A stretch of DNA of 29,632 bases. Origin: Bacilli bacterium (lineage in GTDB: Bacteria; Bacillota_I; Bacilli_A; RFN20; CAG-449). The notes under the pieces are model-generated. The model worked only from the letters and a program-made list of their open reading frames with translations. It did not search any database and was not told the DNA's origin. The translations under genes and the position numbers were made by a program. Of the stretch, positions 19,463-27,915 are shown piece after piece. Position 1 is the first letter of the stretch. Each line of letters starts with the position of its first letter. Location of the stretch: assembly GCA_051891155.1 (NCBI GenBank), contig JBJFEV010000082.1, forward strand, positions 1-29,632, written 5' to 3'.

Positions 19463-19469
19463 ATAACAC

Positions 19470-20837
19470 CTACTTTAAGTTGCCTAGTTCATAAATCGCA
19501 CGAGCATAAATAGCTTGTGAATCAAGATAGTCAGATAGATGTATTTCTTCATTTGGTGAATGAATTTTATCTTCTCTTCCTGGGAAATGAGAGCCAAAAG
19601 CAACAGTATTTTTACTCTCTTTAGCGTATGTTCCTCCTCCAATAGTCATAATTGGAGTTTTTAAATCGCCTGTTTCTTCTTGATACACTTTTAATAAAGT
19701 TTGTATCATTGGAGAATTTGGATCCATCAATAAAACAGGAGAAGAAGGACCAAATTCAACACTACCAACGCCTAATTTATTTAATTTCTCTTCAACTTCC
19801 TTCACATTAACATTTTCAGGATAACGGAAATTTATAACTAATCTAATTTCATTATCAACATAATTAATTAATCCAGCATTATATGTTGTTCCATGAAGAT
19901 ATTCACTTTCATAATAACAATCCAATAATCGACCGGTTGGTTCTAAATAAGAAGCTGCCACTTGTTGTAATGATTCATTTTGGAATAACCAACCAATAAA
20001 TTTTAATAGTAATAAACCCGCATTTACTCCTTGTTCAGGTGTTGATCCATGAGCGGCTTTTCCGTAAACAATAATTTCTTCACCATTTTCTACATCTTTA
20101 ACTTCATATCTAACTCCGATTAAATCAAAGAAAACAGCGGCCTTTTCTTTCACTGATTGCGGATCATTTATCACGCAATGCGCTTCATCGATAACTGAAT
20201 TAGCGACCACACCAGCATCAAAAGAAATTAATCTATCTTCGTGAAGAGGAATTTTATGTATATAATTGCATATTCCCTTTTCTCCATATATTAAAGGGAA
20301 CTCACCATCCGGTGTGAAGCCATATTTTGGATAAGGTTTCTTTAGTACATGGAAGTAATGCTCTAAGCAAGCAGAACCTCTTTCTTCATTTCCTCCGATT
20401 ACTAAAGTTACTTTATATCCTTTTATTAAATCATTTTCTTTTAATGATTTCAAAGCATAAAAAGCAGCCATCGCAGGTCCTTTATCATCGCTTGTTCCTC
20501 GACCATACATAACACCATTTTTAATTGTTCCAGAAAATGGTTCATCATCCCAATTACCTGAAACTGGAACAACATCAGCATGAGCATATATTGCGATTAG
20601 ATCACCTTCTCCATAAGAAATTTCTGTGCAATAAGAATCACAACGATCAACCTTAAAACCATTTTCTTCTCCAAGGCGAGCAATATATTCTAAAGCAGAT
20701 GAAACACCTTCTCCAAAAGGTTTATCTTCACTCACTGTTTTTTCATCATATATTGAATTAATTTGAATCCATTCTTGCAAAGAAGAAATCGATTCTTTCT
20801 CATACTTTTTTAATAATTTTTTAAAATTCAATTCCAT
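19470..20837 (-). CDS. pepV: M20-family Xaa-His/Sapep-type dipeptidase
   Basis: HADVVP, GRGTSDDKGP, NEERG, PDGEFPLIYGEKG, HGSTP, GGGTYA and HSPNE. Start moved to ATG at 20837 after a GGAGG RBS. Confidence 0.92.
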   Translation of the reverse strand: MELNFKKLLKKYEKESISSLQEWIQINSIYDEKTVSEDKPFGEGVSSALEYIARLGEENGFKVDRCDSYCTEISYGEGDLIAIYAHADVVPVSGNWDDEPFSGTIKNGVMYGRGTSDDKGPAMAAFYALKSLKENDLIKGYKVTLVIGGNEERGSACLEHYFHVLKKPYPKYGFTPDGEFPLIYGEKGICNYIHKIPLHEDRLISFDAGVVANSVIDEAHCVINDPQSVKEKAAVFFDLIGVRYEVKDVENGEEIIVYGKAAHGSTPEQGVNAGLLLLKFIGWLFQNESLQQVAASYLEPTGRLLDCYYESEYLHGTTYNAGLINYVDNEIRLVINFRYPENVNVKEVEEKLNKLGVGSVEFGPSSPVLLMDPNSPMIQTLLKVYQEETGDLKTPIMTIGGGTYAKESKNTVAFGSHFPGREDKIHSPNEEIHLSDYLDSQAIYARAIYELGNLK

Positions 20838-20901
20838 ATAGGACCTCCATATCGAATAAATTATATATAATTTATCTTCAAATTTACATATTTTAAATAA
20901 G

Positions 20902-20937
20902 AAAATAAAAAGTCTTTGCACTTAAGCAAAAGACTTT
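20902..20937 (-). terminator. Intrinsic terminator after panT
   Basis: AAAGTCTTTTGC-TTAAGT-GCAAAGACTTT followed by TTATTTT on the minus strand. Confidence 0.7.
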
Positions 20938-20944
20938 ATAGAAA

Positions 20945-21598
20945 TTATTTAACTAGAGTATCTTCTTCATCAATTTCTTCTGGGATTTCTTTTGTTTCTT
21001 CTTCATCTTCATATACATCGCCTATTGAAACATTTTTAGTGGCAATCTTAATAATGCGATGAATAGCAGGACTTAACAAAGCAGTATAAGCAATTTCAAC
21101 AAGTAAATTGATCAAAAGTGTGGCTGTGAATAATAATCCAAGTCCTTTTCCAGCTCCACCAGCCCATGAATCATATAAAGGAACAAAGAATAACAAAACA
21201 CCAATAATAAAAGTTGTGGTATTGATTAAAGGGACAAAGAAAGCGGCAACAGTTGAAGCTACGATTTGATTTTTCTTTCTTAAGAATTTATAAATAAATC
21301 CAGCGCATAAACCCGCTAAACCGGTCTTTAATAAACACAAAATAATAGTTACAACAGGATTAAAAGCCCAGAATGAAGATATTGTAGCAGGGTCAACAAT
21401 ACAAATAACCCCATCAACTAATCCAAGGAATAAACCGGCTAAAGGACCATAAACACAAGCGCCTATAACAATTGGTATTAGGGCAAAATTTATTGAGACT
21501 TGAAATTTTGGAGCATAAGTTCCAACAAGTCCTAAAATAACAGTAATCGCAGTTAAAATTGCTACTCCACTGATGTAGCGTAATTTATTTTTTTTCAT
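20945..21598 (-). CDS. panT: ECF transporter S component, probably pantothenate-specific (PanT-like)
   Basis: Multiple TM segments with ALIPIVIGACVYGPLAGLFLG...G, typical of PanT-type S components; directly downstream of coaX. Confidence 0.75.
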   Translation of the reverse strand: MKKNKLRYISGVAILTAITVILGLVGTYAPKFQVSINFALIPIVIGACVYGPLAGLFLGLVDGVICIVDPATISSFWAFNPVVTIILCLLKTGLAGLCAGFIYKFLRKKNQIVASTVAAFFVPLINTTTFIIGVLLFFVPLYDSWAGGAGKGLGLLFTATLLINLLVEIAYTALLSPAIHRIIKIATKNVSIGDVYEDEEETKEIPEEIDEEDTLVK

Positions 21599-21644
21599 TA
21601 TATATTTCCTCCATATTTGTATGCTAAAAACAACTTAATAAAAA

Positions 21645-22412
21645 TTAAGCATTCTTTTTATAAATTTGATATAAACCTTCTAGTATCAAAGAAGGGTCAA
21701 AATTGAATTTTTTATCTATGTATTCATATATTAAATTAGAATATCCACCAGTTAATACTTTTTTACATTCATATCCTAATTCATTTTCTATACGTTTTGC
21801 TAAGCCTTCAATCATAGCACATGTTCCATATATTGATCCGCTATTCAAGGAATCAGAAGTATTTTTTCCAATCACACTTCTTGGAGCAATAAATGAAATA
21901 TCGGTCAATTGAGCGGTTCCTCCCACCAATGCAACCATTGATATTTTCATACCTGGTGATATAGTACAACCAATACAAGAGCCTGTCTCATCAACCACAA
22001 TCATTTTCGTGGCTGTACCTAAATCGGCTACAATAATAGGTGCACCATATTTTTTAGTAGCGCCAACAGCATCACATACTAAATCAGCGCCAAGTTCAGA
22101 AGGATTATCGATTCTTATCGGCAATCCACTTTTAATTTCTCTTCCTACAATCAAACATTTTTTTCCGATCAATTTTTCCACAGCACTCTTAATCACTCGC
22201 GTCAAAGACGGAATGACAGATGAAAGAATCGCTCCTTCAAAATCGTTCAGATCAAATTTGTCTTGTAGTAAGAAGCTTTGTAGAATCTCTTTATATTCAT
22301 CGGAAGATTTATTCAAATCTGAATGTTTCCGATATTCTTTTAGTAGAGTTCCGCTCGAGGCGAATACCCCCATGTAGAGATTCGTATTTCCTAAATCTAG
22401 GACTAATATCAT
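21645..22412 (-). CDS. coaX: Type III pantothenate kinase
   Basis: LVLDLGNTN, SSVIP, LGADLV, ADLGTAT, ISPG, IGKNT and LTGG motifs. Start moved to ATG at 22412 after a GGAGG RBS. Confidence 0.96.
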   Translation of the reverse strand: MILVLDLGNTNLYMGVFASSGTLLKEYRKHSDLNKSSDEYKEILQSFLLQDKFDLNDFEGAILSSVIPSLTRVIKSAVEKLIGKKCLIVGREIKSGLPIRIDNPSELGADLVCDAVGATKKYGAPIIVADLGTATKMIVVDETGSCIGCTISPGMKISMVALVGGTAQLTDISFIAPRSVIGKNTSDSLNSGSIYGTCAMIEGLAKRIENELGYECKKVLTGGYSNLIYEYIDKKFNFDPSLILEGLYQIYKKNA

Positions 22413-22475
22413 CTTTTCTACCTCCGCTACAATCCTATCTAAGTAGGTATCGTGCATTTGATATTATACATTGTT

Positions 22476-22796
22476 TTATTCAAAAATATAATGATATTTT
22501 ATTCTTTTGATAATTTCAAAGAGAAAAGAATGAGGATTATTAGTTTTTATATGTAATTTTCCTTCTTTAAACCAAATAAATGTTTTTTCTTTGCTCAAAG
22601 GATTGATGAATTGTAATGAATTTTTTCCTATTTTATACATCTTTTTTTCATTTTCTTTTAACAAAGATAAAAAATAGGTAAGATCGATATTTTTATCAAA
22701 GCTTTTTATAACATGACTTTTATATAAATAAATCAATTCCTTTGATGAGGAATCTAAATTGGTATTAAAACAAAAAAATGTGTATGTTCTTTTCAT
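22476..22796 (-). CDS. Small hypothetical protein, possibly a divergent SirA (sporulation inhibitor of replication)-family member
   Basis: 106-aa frame from ATG at 22796 (track start 22835 is TTG). Lies directly downstream of tkt; N-terminal MKRTY and C-terminal FKEGKLHIKT...FLFEIIKR resemble the recalled SirA pattern. No clear RBS. Confidence 0.55.
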   Translation of the reverse strand: MKRTYTFFCFNTNLDSSSKELIYLYKSHVIKSFDKNIDLTYFLSLLKENEKKMYKIGKNSLQFINPLSKEKTFIWFKEGKLHIKTNNPHSFLFEIIKRIKYHYIFE

Positions 22797-22875
22797 AAGA
22801 ATATTTAACAACAAATAAAGCAAAAATTTTGTCAAAGTAAGATTAAATATATAATTCTATAAAAAATAAATGCGC

Positions 22876-22908
22876 AAAAAAAACACAGGAAATAATTCCT
22901 ATGTTTTT
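22876..22908 (-). terminator. Intrinsic terminator after tkt
   Basis: ACATAGGAA-TTAT-TTCCTGTGT stem (one G-U pair on the minus strand) followed by a T run. Confidence 0.8.
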
Positions 22909-22952
22909 GACATATTTACATTGCTTTTAAAGATAAGAACTATATTAATAAA

Positions 22953-24920
22953 TTATAAGCATTTCTTAACTTTATCGACAACGGCATCGACAGTAAAGCC
23001 ATAATTTTCGATGACTTTTGAAGCAGGAGCGGATTTTCCATAAGTATCGATACCCATAACATTTTTACTAAATCTATGCCATCCAAATGTAGAAAGCATT
23101 TCAATAGAAAGACGTTTTTCATATGGAGCACCAAATACTTGTTCAACATATTTTTCACCTTGTTCCAAGAATAATTCAACACAAGGTAAAGAAACTACTC
23201 TTACATCGATTCCTTCTTCCAATAATCTTTCTTGAGCGGAAACCGCTAAAGAGACTTCTGAACCAGTAGCAATAATTGTGAAGTCAGGTTTATTACCTTT
23301 TTCTTTGGAAATTACATATCCACCTTTAGATAAATCTGAAGAAGATGATCCTTCTAGTAAAGGCAATGCTTGACGAGAAAGAATTAAGCAAGTTGGATGT
23401 TTTGTTGATTTTAAAGCGAATTTCCAACCTTCCACAACTTCATTTGCATCACATGGACGATATACATAATTGCCTGGCGTACTTCTTAACATAGCAAGTT
23501 GTTCAATTGGTTGATGAGTTGGTCCATCTTCCCCGACGGCAATGGAATCGTGAGAGAATAAATAGATTGCAGGAAGTTCTTCTAAACATCCAAGTCTCAA
23601 TGTTGGTTTTACATAATCAGAGAATACGCAGAAACATCCAACATATGTTCTAAGTCCTCCATGTAGTAACATACCATTTTGAATTCCAGACATTGCAAGT
23701 TCTCTAATACCAAAGTTAATATTATGACCTGATGGATTAGAAGGAGTATTATCACTTCCTCCAATAATCTTCGTCATAACTGATTTAGCTACATCGGCAG
23801 AACCACCATAAAGATTAAATAAAGCTTTTTGCATTTCATTTAATACTACTTGCGAAGTATTTCTTGTTGAATCTTTAAATCCTTTTTCAAAAGTAATGTT
23901 GACATTTTCTAAATATGAAGAAACATCATTATCTTTAGTAGCCATAATTTTATTGTATTCTTCAGGATACTCATTTTTATAAGCTTCTAAATTTTGTTTC
24001 CATAGTTTTTCTGCTTTTTTTCCACGTTTAATAAATGTTGATTTAAATGTTTGATAAACTTCTTCTGGGATAGTGAATGGAGGATAATTATATCCATATA
24101 CCTCTTTAGCGTGCTTACCATCTTCTTCACCTAAAGGAGCGCCATGAACATTGCATTTTCCTTGGTTATTTGAACCGTATCCAATGATTGTATTAACCAT
24201 AATTAAAGTTGGTTTTTCGCTTGATTTTTTAGCTTTTTTAATAGCATTATTAAGCGCGTTAACATCGTTGCCATCTTTAACTAAAATAGTGTTCCAATTA
24301 GAAGAAGCAAATCTCTTTAAAACATCTTCATTAAATGACATATCTAATGCGCCATCTAAAGTAACGTTATTAGCGTCATAGAACATAATTAATTTATTTA
24401 GTTTATGTAATCCAGCAAAGGAAATTGCCTCTTGTGAAATACCTTCTTGTAAGCAACCATCGCCACATAAACAATATGTATAATGAGAAAATACTCTATC
24501 TCCTTCTTTATACATAGAAGCAAGAATTCTTTCTGCAAGTGCCATACCAACAGCTTGTGCTATACCTTGACCAAGAGGTCCAGCGGAAGCATCGACTCCA
24601 TCAGTAACACCTACTTCTGGATGACCTGGAGTTACAGAATCTAGTTGTCTAAAGTTCTTTAAATCATCCATTGATACTTTATATCCCGCTACATGAAGCA
24701 TAGTATAAAGTAACATAGAAGCATGTCCAGAAGACATCACAAATCGATCTCTATTTATCCATTTTGAATCTTTAGGATTAGCCACTAAATGATTAGTAAA
24801 TAAAGTATAAAGAATTGGGGCAGATCCTAAAGCCATACCTGGATGGCCTGATTTTGCCTTGTTGATACCATCGATTATTGTTGATCTAATCGCAGCAATA
24901 CATAATTGATCATTTCTCAT
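22953..24920 (-). CDS. tkt: Transketolase
   Basis: SGHPG, RDRFVMSSGH, GHPE, GPLGQG, GDGCLQEG (TPP motif) and HDSIAVGEDGPTHQPIEQ. True start ATG at 24920 after AGAGGAGAG; the track extension to 24989 lies within the ncRNA. Confidence 0.98.
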   Translation of the reverse strand: MRNDQLCIAAIRSTIIDGINKAKSGHPGMALGSAPILYTLFTNHLVANPKDSKWINRDRFVMSSGHASMLLYTMLHVAGYKVSMDDLKNFRQLDSVTPGHPEVGVTDGVDASAGPLGQGIAQAVGMALAERILASMYKEGDRVFSHYTYCLCGDGCLQEGISQEAISFAGLHKLNKLIMFYDANNVTLDGALDMSFNEDVLKRFASSNWNTILVKDGNDVNALNNAIKKAKKSSEKPTLIMVNTIIGYGSNNQGKCNVHGAPLGEEDGKHAKEVYGYNYPPFTIPEEVYQTFKSTFIKRGKKAEKLWKQNLEAYKNEYPEEYNKIMATKDNDVSSYLENVNITFEKGFKDSTRNTSQVVLNEMQKALFNLYGGSADVAKSVMTKIIGGSDNTPSNPSGHNINFGIRELAMSGIQNGMLLHGGLRTYVGCFCVFSDYVKPTLRLGCLEELPAIYLFSHDSIAVGEDGPTHQPIEQLAMLRSTPGNYVYRPCDANEVVEGWKFALKSTKHPTCLILSRQALPLLEGSSSSDLSKGGYVISKEKGNKPDFTIIATGSEVSLAVSAQERLLEEGIDVRVVSLPCVELFLEQGEKYVEQVFGAPYEKRLSIEMLSTFGWHRFSKNVMGIDTYGKSAPASKVIENYGFTVDAVVDKVKKCL

Positions 24921-24947
24921 GAAATACTCTCCTCTTACATTATAAAA

Positions 24948-25121
24948 ATCTAGAAGGCGTCGGAATTCCTGGGTTCTCCAGGGGGGCATCTTTTCTCTAC
25001 TTCTGGATTCCGAACTTAGATGAATAATAAATTAATTTATTAGACGAACGGCCTTCAACTCCATAGAGATGAATAAGATTCCCTATTACAAAATGTAGGA
25101 AACGCATATAACCTTCTAGAC
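24948..25121 (-). ncRNA. ssrS: 6S RNA (SsrS)-like RNA, about 173 nt
   Basis: Terminal stem TCTAGAAGG/CCTTCTAGA continued by TTCCT/AGGAA; 13x13-nt central bubble (ACATTTTGTAATA / CCCTGGAGAACCC); apical stem GGGAATCTT/AAGATGCCC then TCTCTAT/GTAGAGA; own promoter upstream. Confidence 0.8.
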
Positions 25122-25127
25122 ACCTAT

Positions 25128-25156
25128 ATTTTAGCACCTATATATCAATTTATCAA
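25128..25156 (-). promoter_or_regulatory. Sigma-A promoter of the 6S-like RNA
   Basis: TTGATA-17 nt-TAAAAT with a TGn extension; predicted +1 near G25121, the first base of the terminal stem. Confidence 0.75.
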
Positions 25157-25180
25157 GATAGTAACATTGAGTGAAAATGT

Positions 25181-25208
25181 AAAAAAAATCCAAAGCATTA
25201 GCTTTGGA
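25181..25208 (-). terminator. Intrinsic terminator of the SipW operon
   Basis: TCCAAAGC-TAAT-GCTTTGGA followed by T8; the TAA stop of the 902-aa gene lies in the loop. Confidence 0.85.
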
Positions 25209-27906
25209 CATATAATATTGCACTTGAAGTTATTTTATAAAAATATGAAATATCTCCATAAATTAAGTTTTCATCTCCTAAAGCGACAAATGCTTCATTG
25301 GATGATTTACTCAAATCCACTCTTATGACAGGCTTCTTAAGTACATAATCGCATAAATAAATAGTCGCGTTACCATATTTAGCTTTTAATGCTTCATACA
25401 TTGATAAAGATGAACATGGTGATCCGCTCAATATTGAAGAATCACTTGTACAAATATCTCCTCCACATAAATAATCACCAATTCCATATTTATTAGCCCA
25501 TAATAAATGTTCACCTAAATTATAATGATCAATAAAATATCCATTATCACCATCATAATCTTTAACTACAGTGCCTAAATCCATATATTCATCGATAATT
25601 TTTATGAATTTGTTTGTATAACGATATGCATATATATCATAATATTCGGTATATGTATTATACGATTCAAATGAATTACCATTCATTCGTCTAACAATCA
25701 ATAAATCATATAAGCCTTTTCCACGAATCTGATCAAATGAGAAGGTTAAAACACCATTTTTCAATGAATAAGTCAATCCATCTAATTTTTTAAACACTTT
25801 TCCACCACTAGAAAATGCAGAAGGAACATATACTCCACCTGTTGGCGAAGTATTATACCAAGCGGAAGAATTTTCTGTATGATGAGAGGCAATTTGGAAA
25901 TTTAAACTTCTAGTATTAGAGAAGTTAGCGTTTCTATAAATATAAGTATTGTTAGTGATAACATCTCCAAGTAATGATGTATCTCCACCTTCTACTCCAC
26001 CAATATTACTTTCACTTATTGAATAAGCGTTTTCAATTTTTTGAAATGTTCTTGTGGTAGTGTAATTATCTTCATAATAGCTATTGTAATATGAAGAATA
26101 ATCTTCTCCAGTAAAATAAGAGTCATCATAGTTATCGCTATATAAATGATTATCACTATCAATTTCATATAGAATCACCATGTATTTTTTATATTTAGGA
26201 TCAGAAGTACTATTATATGACTTTGTAACATATACTTGGTTATTGTGAGATTCATCTGTAGATGATCCTAAGTTTACCCCATTAGTATTTGCACCAGTAT
26301 AATGAGCATCAGTTTGATTTCCCTTATATAGTTCTAAACCAACTTTGGAGAAATCATATTGTAAGTCCTTTTTATAAAGTGAAGGAAAATTCTCTTTATC
26401 ATTGGTAATTCTTTTTATAAAATCTTTTATTCGTGCACTTTGATCAGTATCTACACTTATACTTGAATCAACAATACTATTTGCATCAATTGACATACTA
26501 GAATTAGCTACAAACATATATATGTTTATATATTTATTTGAATAATCATAGTCTTCTTTTTTCTTAATTTCAAAAGCTTTACGATTAAAAGTATATGTAT
26601 ACGCCAAGGAAGAATCTAGTTGTAATGGATCTAATCTTACATCTAAATAATCAAAGTCAGTTTCTAAACATAATTGTCTTCCTACTGCATAATGAAGATA
26701 ACTATTTCCATTATACAAATCAATATCGCCTTCTTTAGTATAATGCTCATTAGAATAAGTAAATACGCGAGAAGCATCACGTATAATATTAGAGCCTTTC
26801 CATCCTAAAAAGAAGACACCATCTCTTCCTTTGATTTCTGCAAGAGTTTGCGAATACCCTCCGTTTGATATTGGATCAATCACAGCATCTTCACTGATAA
26901 AGAAACGAGGAAATATTCTAATTACATTGCTATCATCATTTTCGGGTTTAATTTTATTTAAATATTTTGATAAATCAGATGAAAATTCAAAACATGGTCC
27001 CATATCTTTTGGATTAGAACCTTCTTGGCGAGTAGTATAAGAACATGATATCTTATATCCACCACTTCCATCACTTACACTATTTGCTACATACCATTCA
27101 TAGTTTTTATTATCCTCAAAATAACCGGAATCTTCATAAATAGCGGCGATTGGATAATCGATCATACTATAAAACTTATTTGTGGACAAAGAATATTTAA
27201 CTTCAATTCGTAAAGGAAGGTATCTTCTTTCTTTATAACCTGTTTGAGGTGTTAATGAAAAAGAAGGAGTATTATCACTACCATATACCGTATAGCCAGA
27301 AGAATCTACTTGTACAAAAGTATCATATTCTGCCCATCCTCCATACCTATCATTGCAATAGTGTTGAATGGAAGAAGTTCTGTAATTAGCCGCGCCATTA
27401 TCATTTCCAGATACGTATTGAGAATAAGCGGTTTGTGCCGCTCTTGTTCGATTTTCATTTGGATAATCAGTTATATTACTAATAAAACTAGCATAAGTAC
27501 TGCATCCATTATATCCTTTTGCCACTCCTCCATTTTTTACTAATGGATAAGAAGGATTATTGGGATCTTTTAATGGTTCACCTAATAAATCATCTTCTTC
27601 TATTTCAAAATATCCGAATGCTTCTTCAGGTTTTGGAGAATTGTTTGGGTCAGATAAATAATCGCTATAAATATCAATATATGCCATTGAAGGAAAGAAA
27701 TATAAAACATAAGTTTCATCTTCATCACCTTCAAATGTATAATTTTCATATATTTTATTTACTTCCGCTTTAGTGGTTATATCCACATTATCTTTAGAAG
27801 TATTAGAGACAGGAAAAAACCACATAGAAAAGCCTGTACTAGTAGCTAGTACAGCAAAAGTTAATAATATAATAAGTGAATATTTTAACTTTCTTAACTT
27901 ATACAT
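25198..27906 (-). CDS. Large exported protein (902 aa), putative SipW-processed adhesin or fibre-associated subunit
   Basis: Basic N-region, hydrophobic core, then GFSMWFF. Y/S/N/D-rich beta-like body with no C-terminal TM or LPxTG anchor. AGGAG RBS overlaps the upstream TAG. Confidence 0.8.
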   Translation of the reverse strand: MYKLRKLKYSLIILLTFAVLATSTGFSMWFFPVSNTSKDNVDITTKAEVNKIYENYTFEGDEDETYVLYFFPSMAYIDIYSDYLSDPNNSPKPEEAFGYFEIEEDDLLGEPLKDPNNPSYPLVKNGGVAKGYNGCSTYASFISNITDYPNENRTRAAQTAYSQYVSGNDNGAANYRTSSIQHYCNDRYGGWAEYDTFVQVDSSGYTVYGSDNTPSFSLTPQTGYKERRYLPLRIEVKYSLSTNKFYSMIDYPIAAIYEDSGYFEDNKNYEWYVANSVSDGSGGYKISCSYTTRQEGSNPKDMGPCFEFSSDLSKYLNKIKPENDDSNVIRIFPRFFISEDAVIDPISNGGYSQTLAEIKGRDGVFFLGWKGSNIIRDASRVFTYSNEHYTKEGDIDLYNGNSYLHYAVGRQLCLETDFDYLDVRLDPLQLDSSLAYTYTFNRKAFEIKKKEDYDYSNKYINIYMFVANSSMSIDANSIVDSSISVDTDQSARIKDFIKRITNDKENFPSLYKKDLQYDFSKVGLELYKGNQTDAHYTGANTNGVNLGSSTDESHNNQVYVTKSYNSTSDPKYKKYMVILYEIDSDNHLYSDNYDDSYFTGEDYSSYYNSYYEDNYTTTRTFQKIENAYSISESNIGGVEGGDTSLLGDVITNNTYIYRNANFSNTRSLNFQIASHHTENSSAWYNTSPTGGVYVPSAFSSGGKVFKKLDGLTYSLKNGVLTFSFDQIRGKGLYDLLIVRRMNGNSFESYNTYTEYYDIYAYRYTNKFIKIIDEYMDLGTVVKDYDGDNGYFIDHYNLGEHLLWANKYGIGDYLCGGDICTSDSSILSGSPCSSLSMYEALKAKYGNATIYLCDYVLKKPVIRVDLSKSSNEAFVALGDENLIYGDISYFYKITSSAILYVQS

Positions 27907-27915
27907 ATAATTCTC

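Noticed and set aside
19470-22412. PepV supplying beta-alanine to a CoA pathway with coaX/panT
   Set aside because: A terminator separates panT from pepV, and pantothenate import makes beta-alanine unnecessary; pepV-trmB proximity is ordinary in Bacilli.
22830-22912. Two TGTCAAA/TTTGACA Spo0A-box-like heptamers upstream of the SirA-like ORF
   Set aside because: Each has one mismatch to TGTCGAA, the same heptamer occurs near the ileS promoter, and it doubles as a TTGACA -35; too unspecific in an AT-rich genome.
24921-24989. 23-aa N-terminal extension of transketolase (MPPWRTQEF...)
   Set aside because: It runs through the structured RNA, has no RBS, and a strong RBS precedes ATG 24920.
24948-25121. 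TPP or other metabolite riboswitch leader for tkt
   Set aside because: No CUGAGA or ACCUGAU TPP core and no FMN, lysine, glycine or glmS signature. There is no expression-platform terminator, and end-to-end pairing fits a trans-acting 6S rod.
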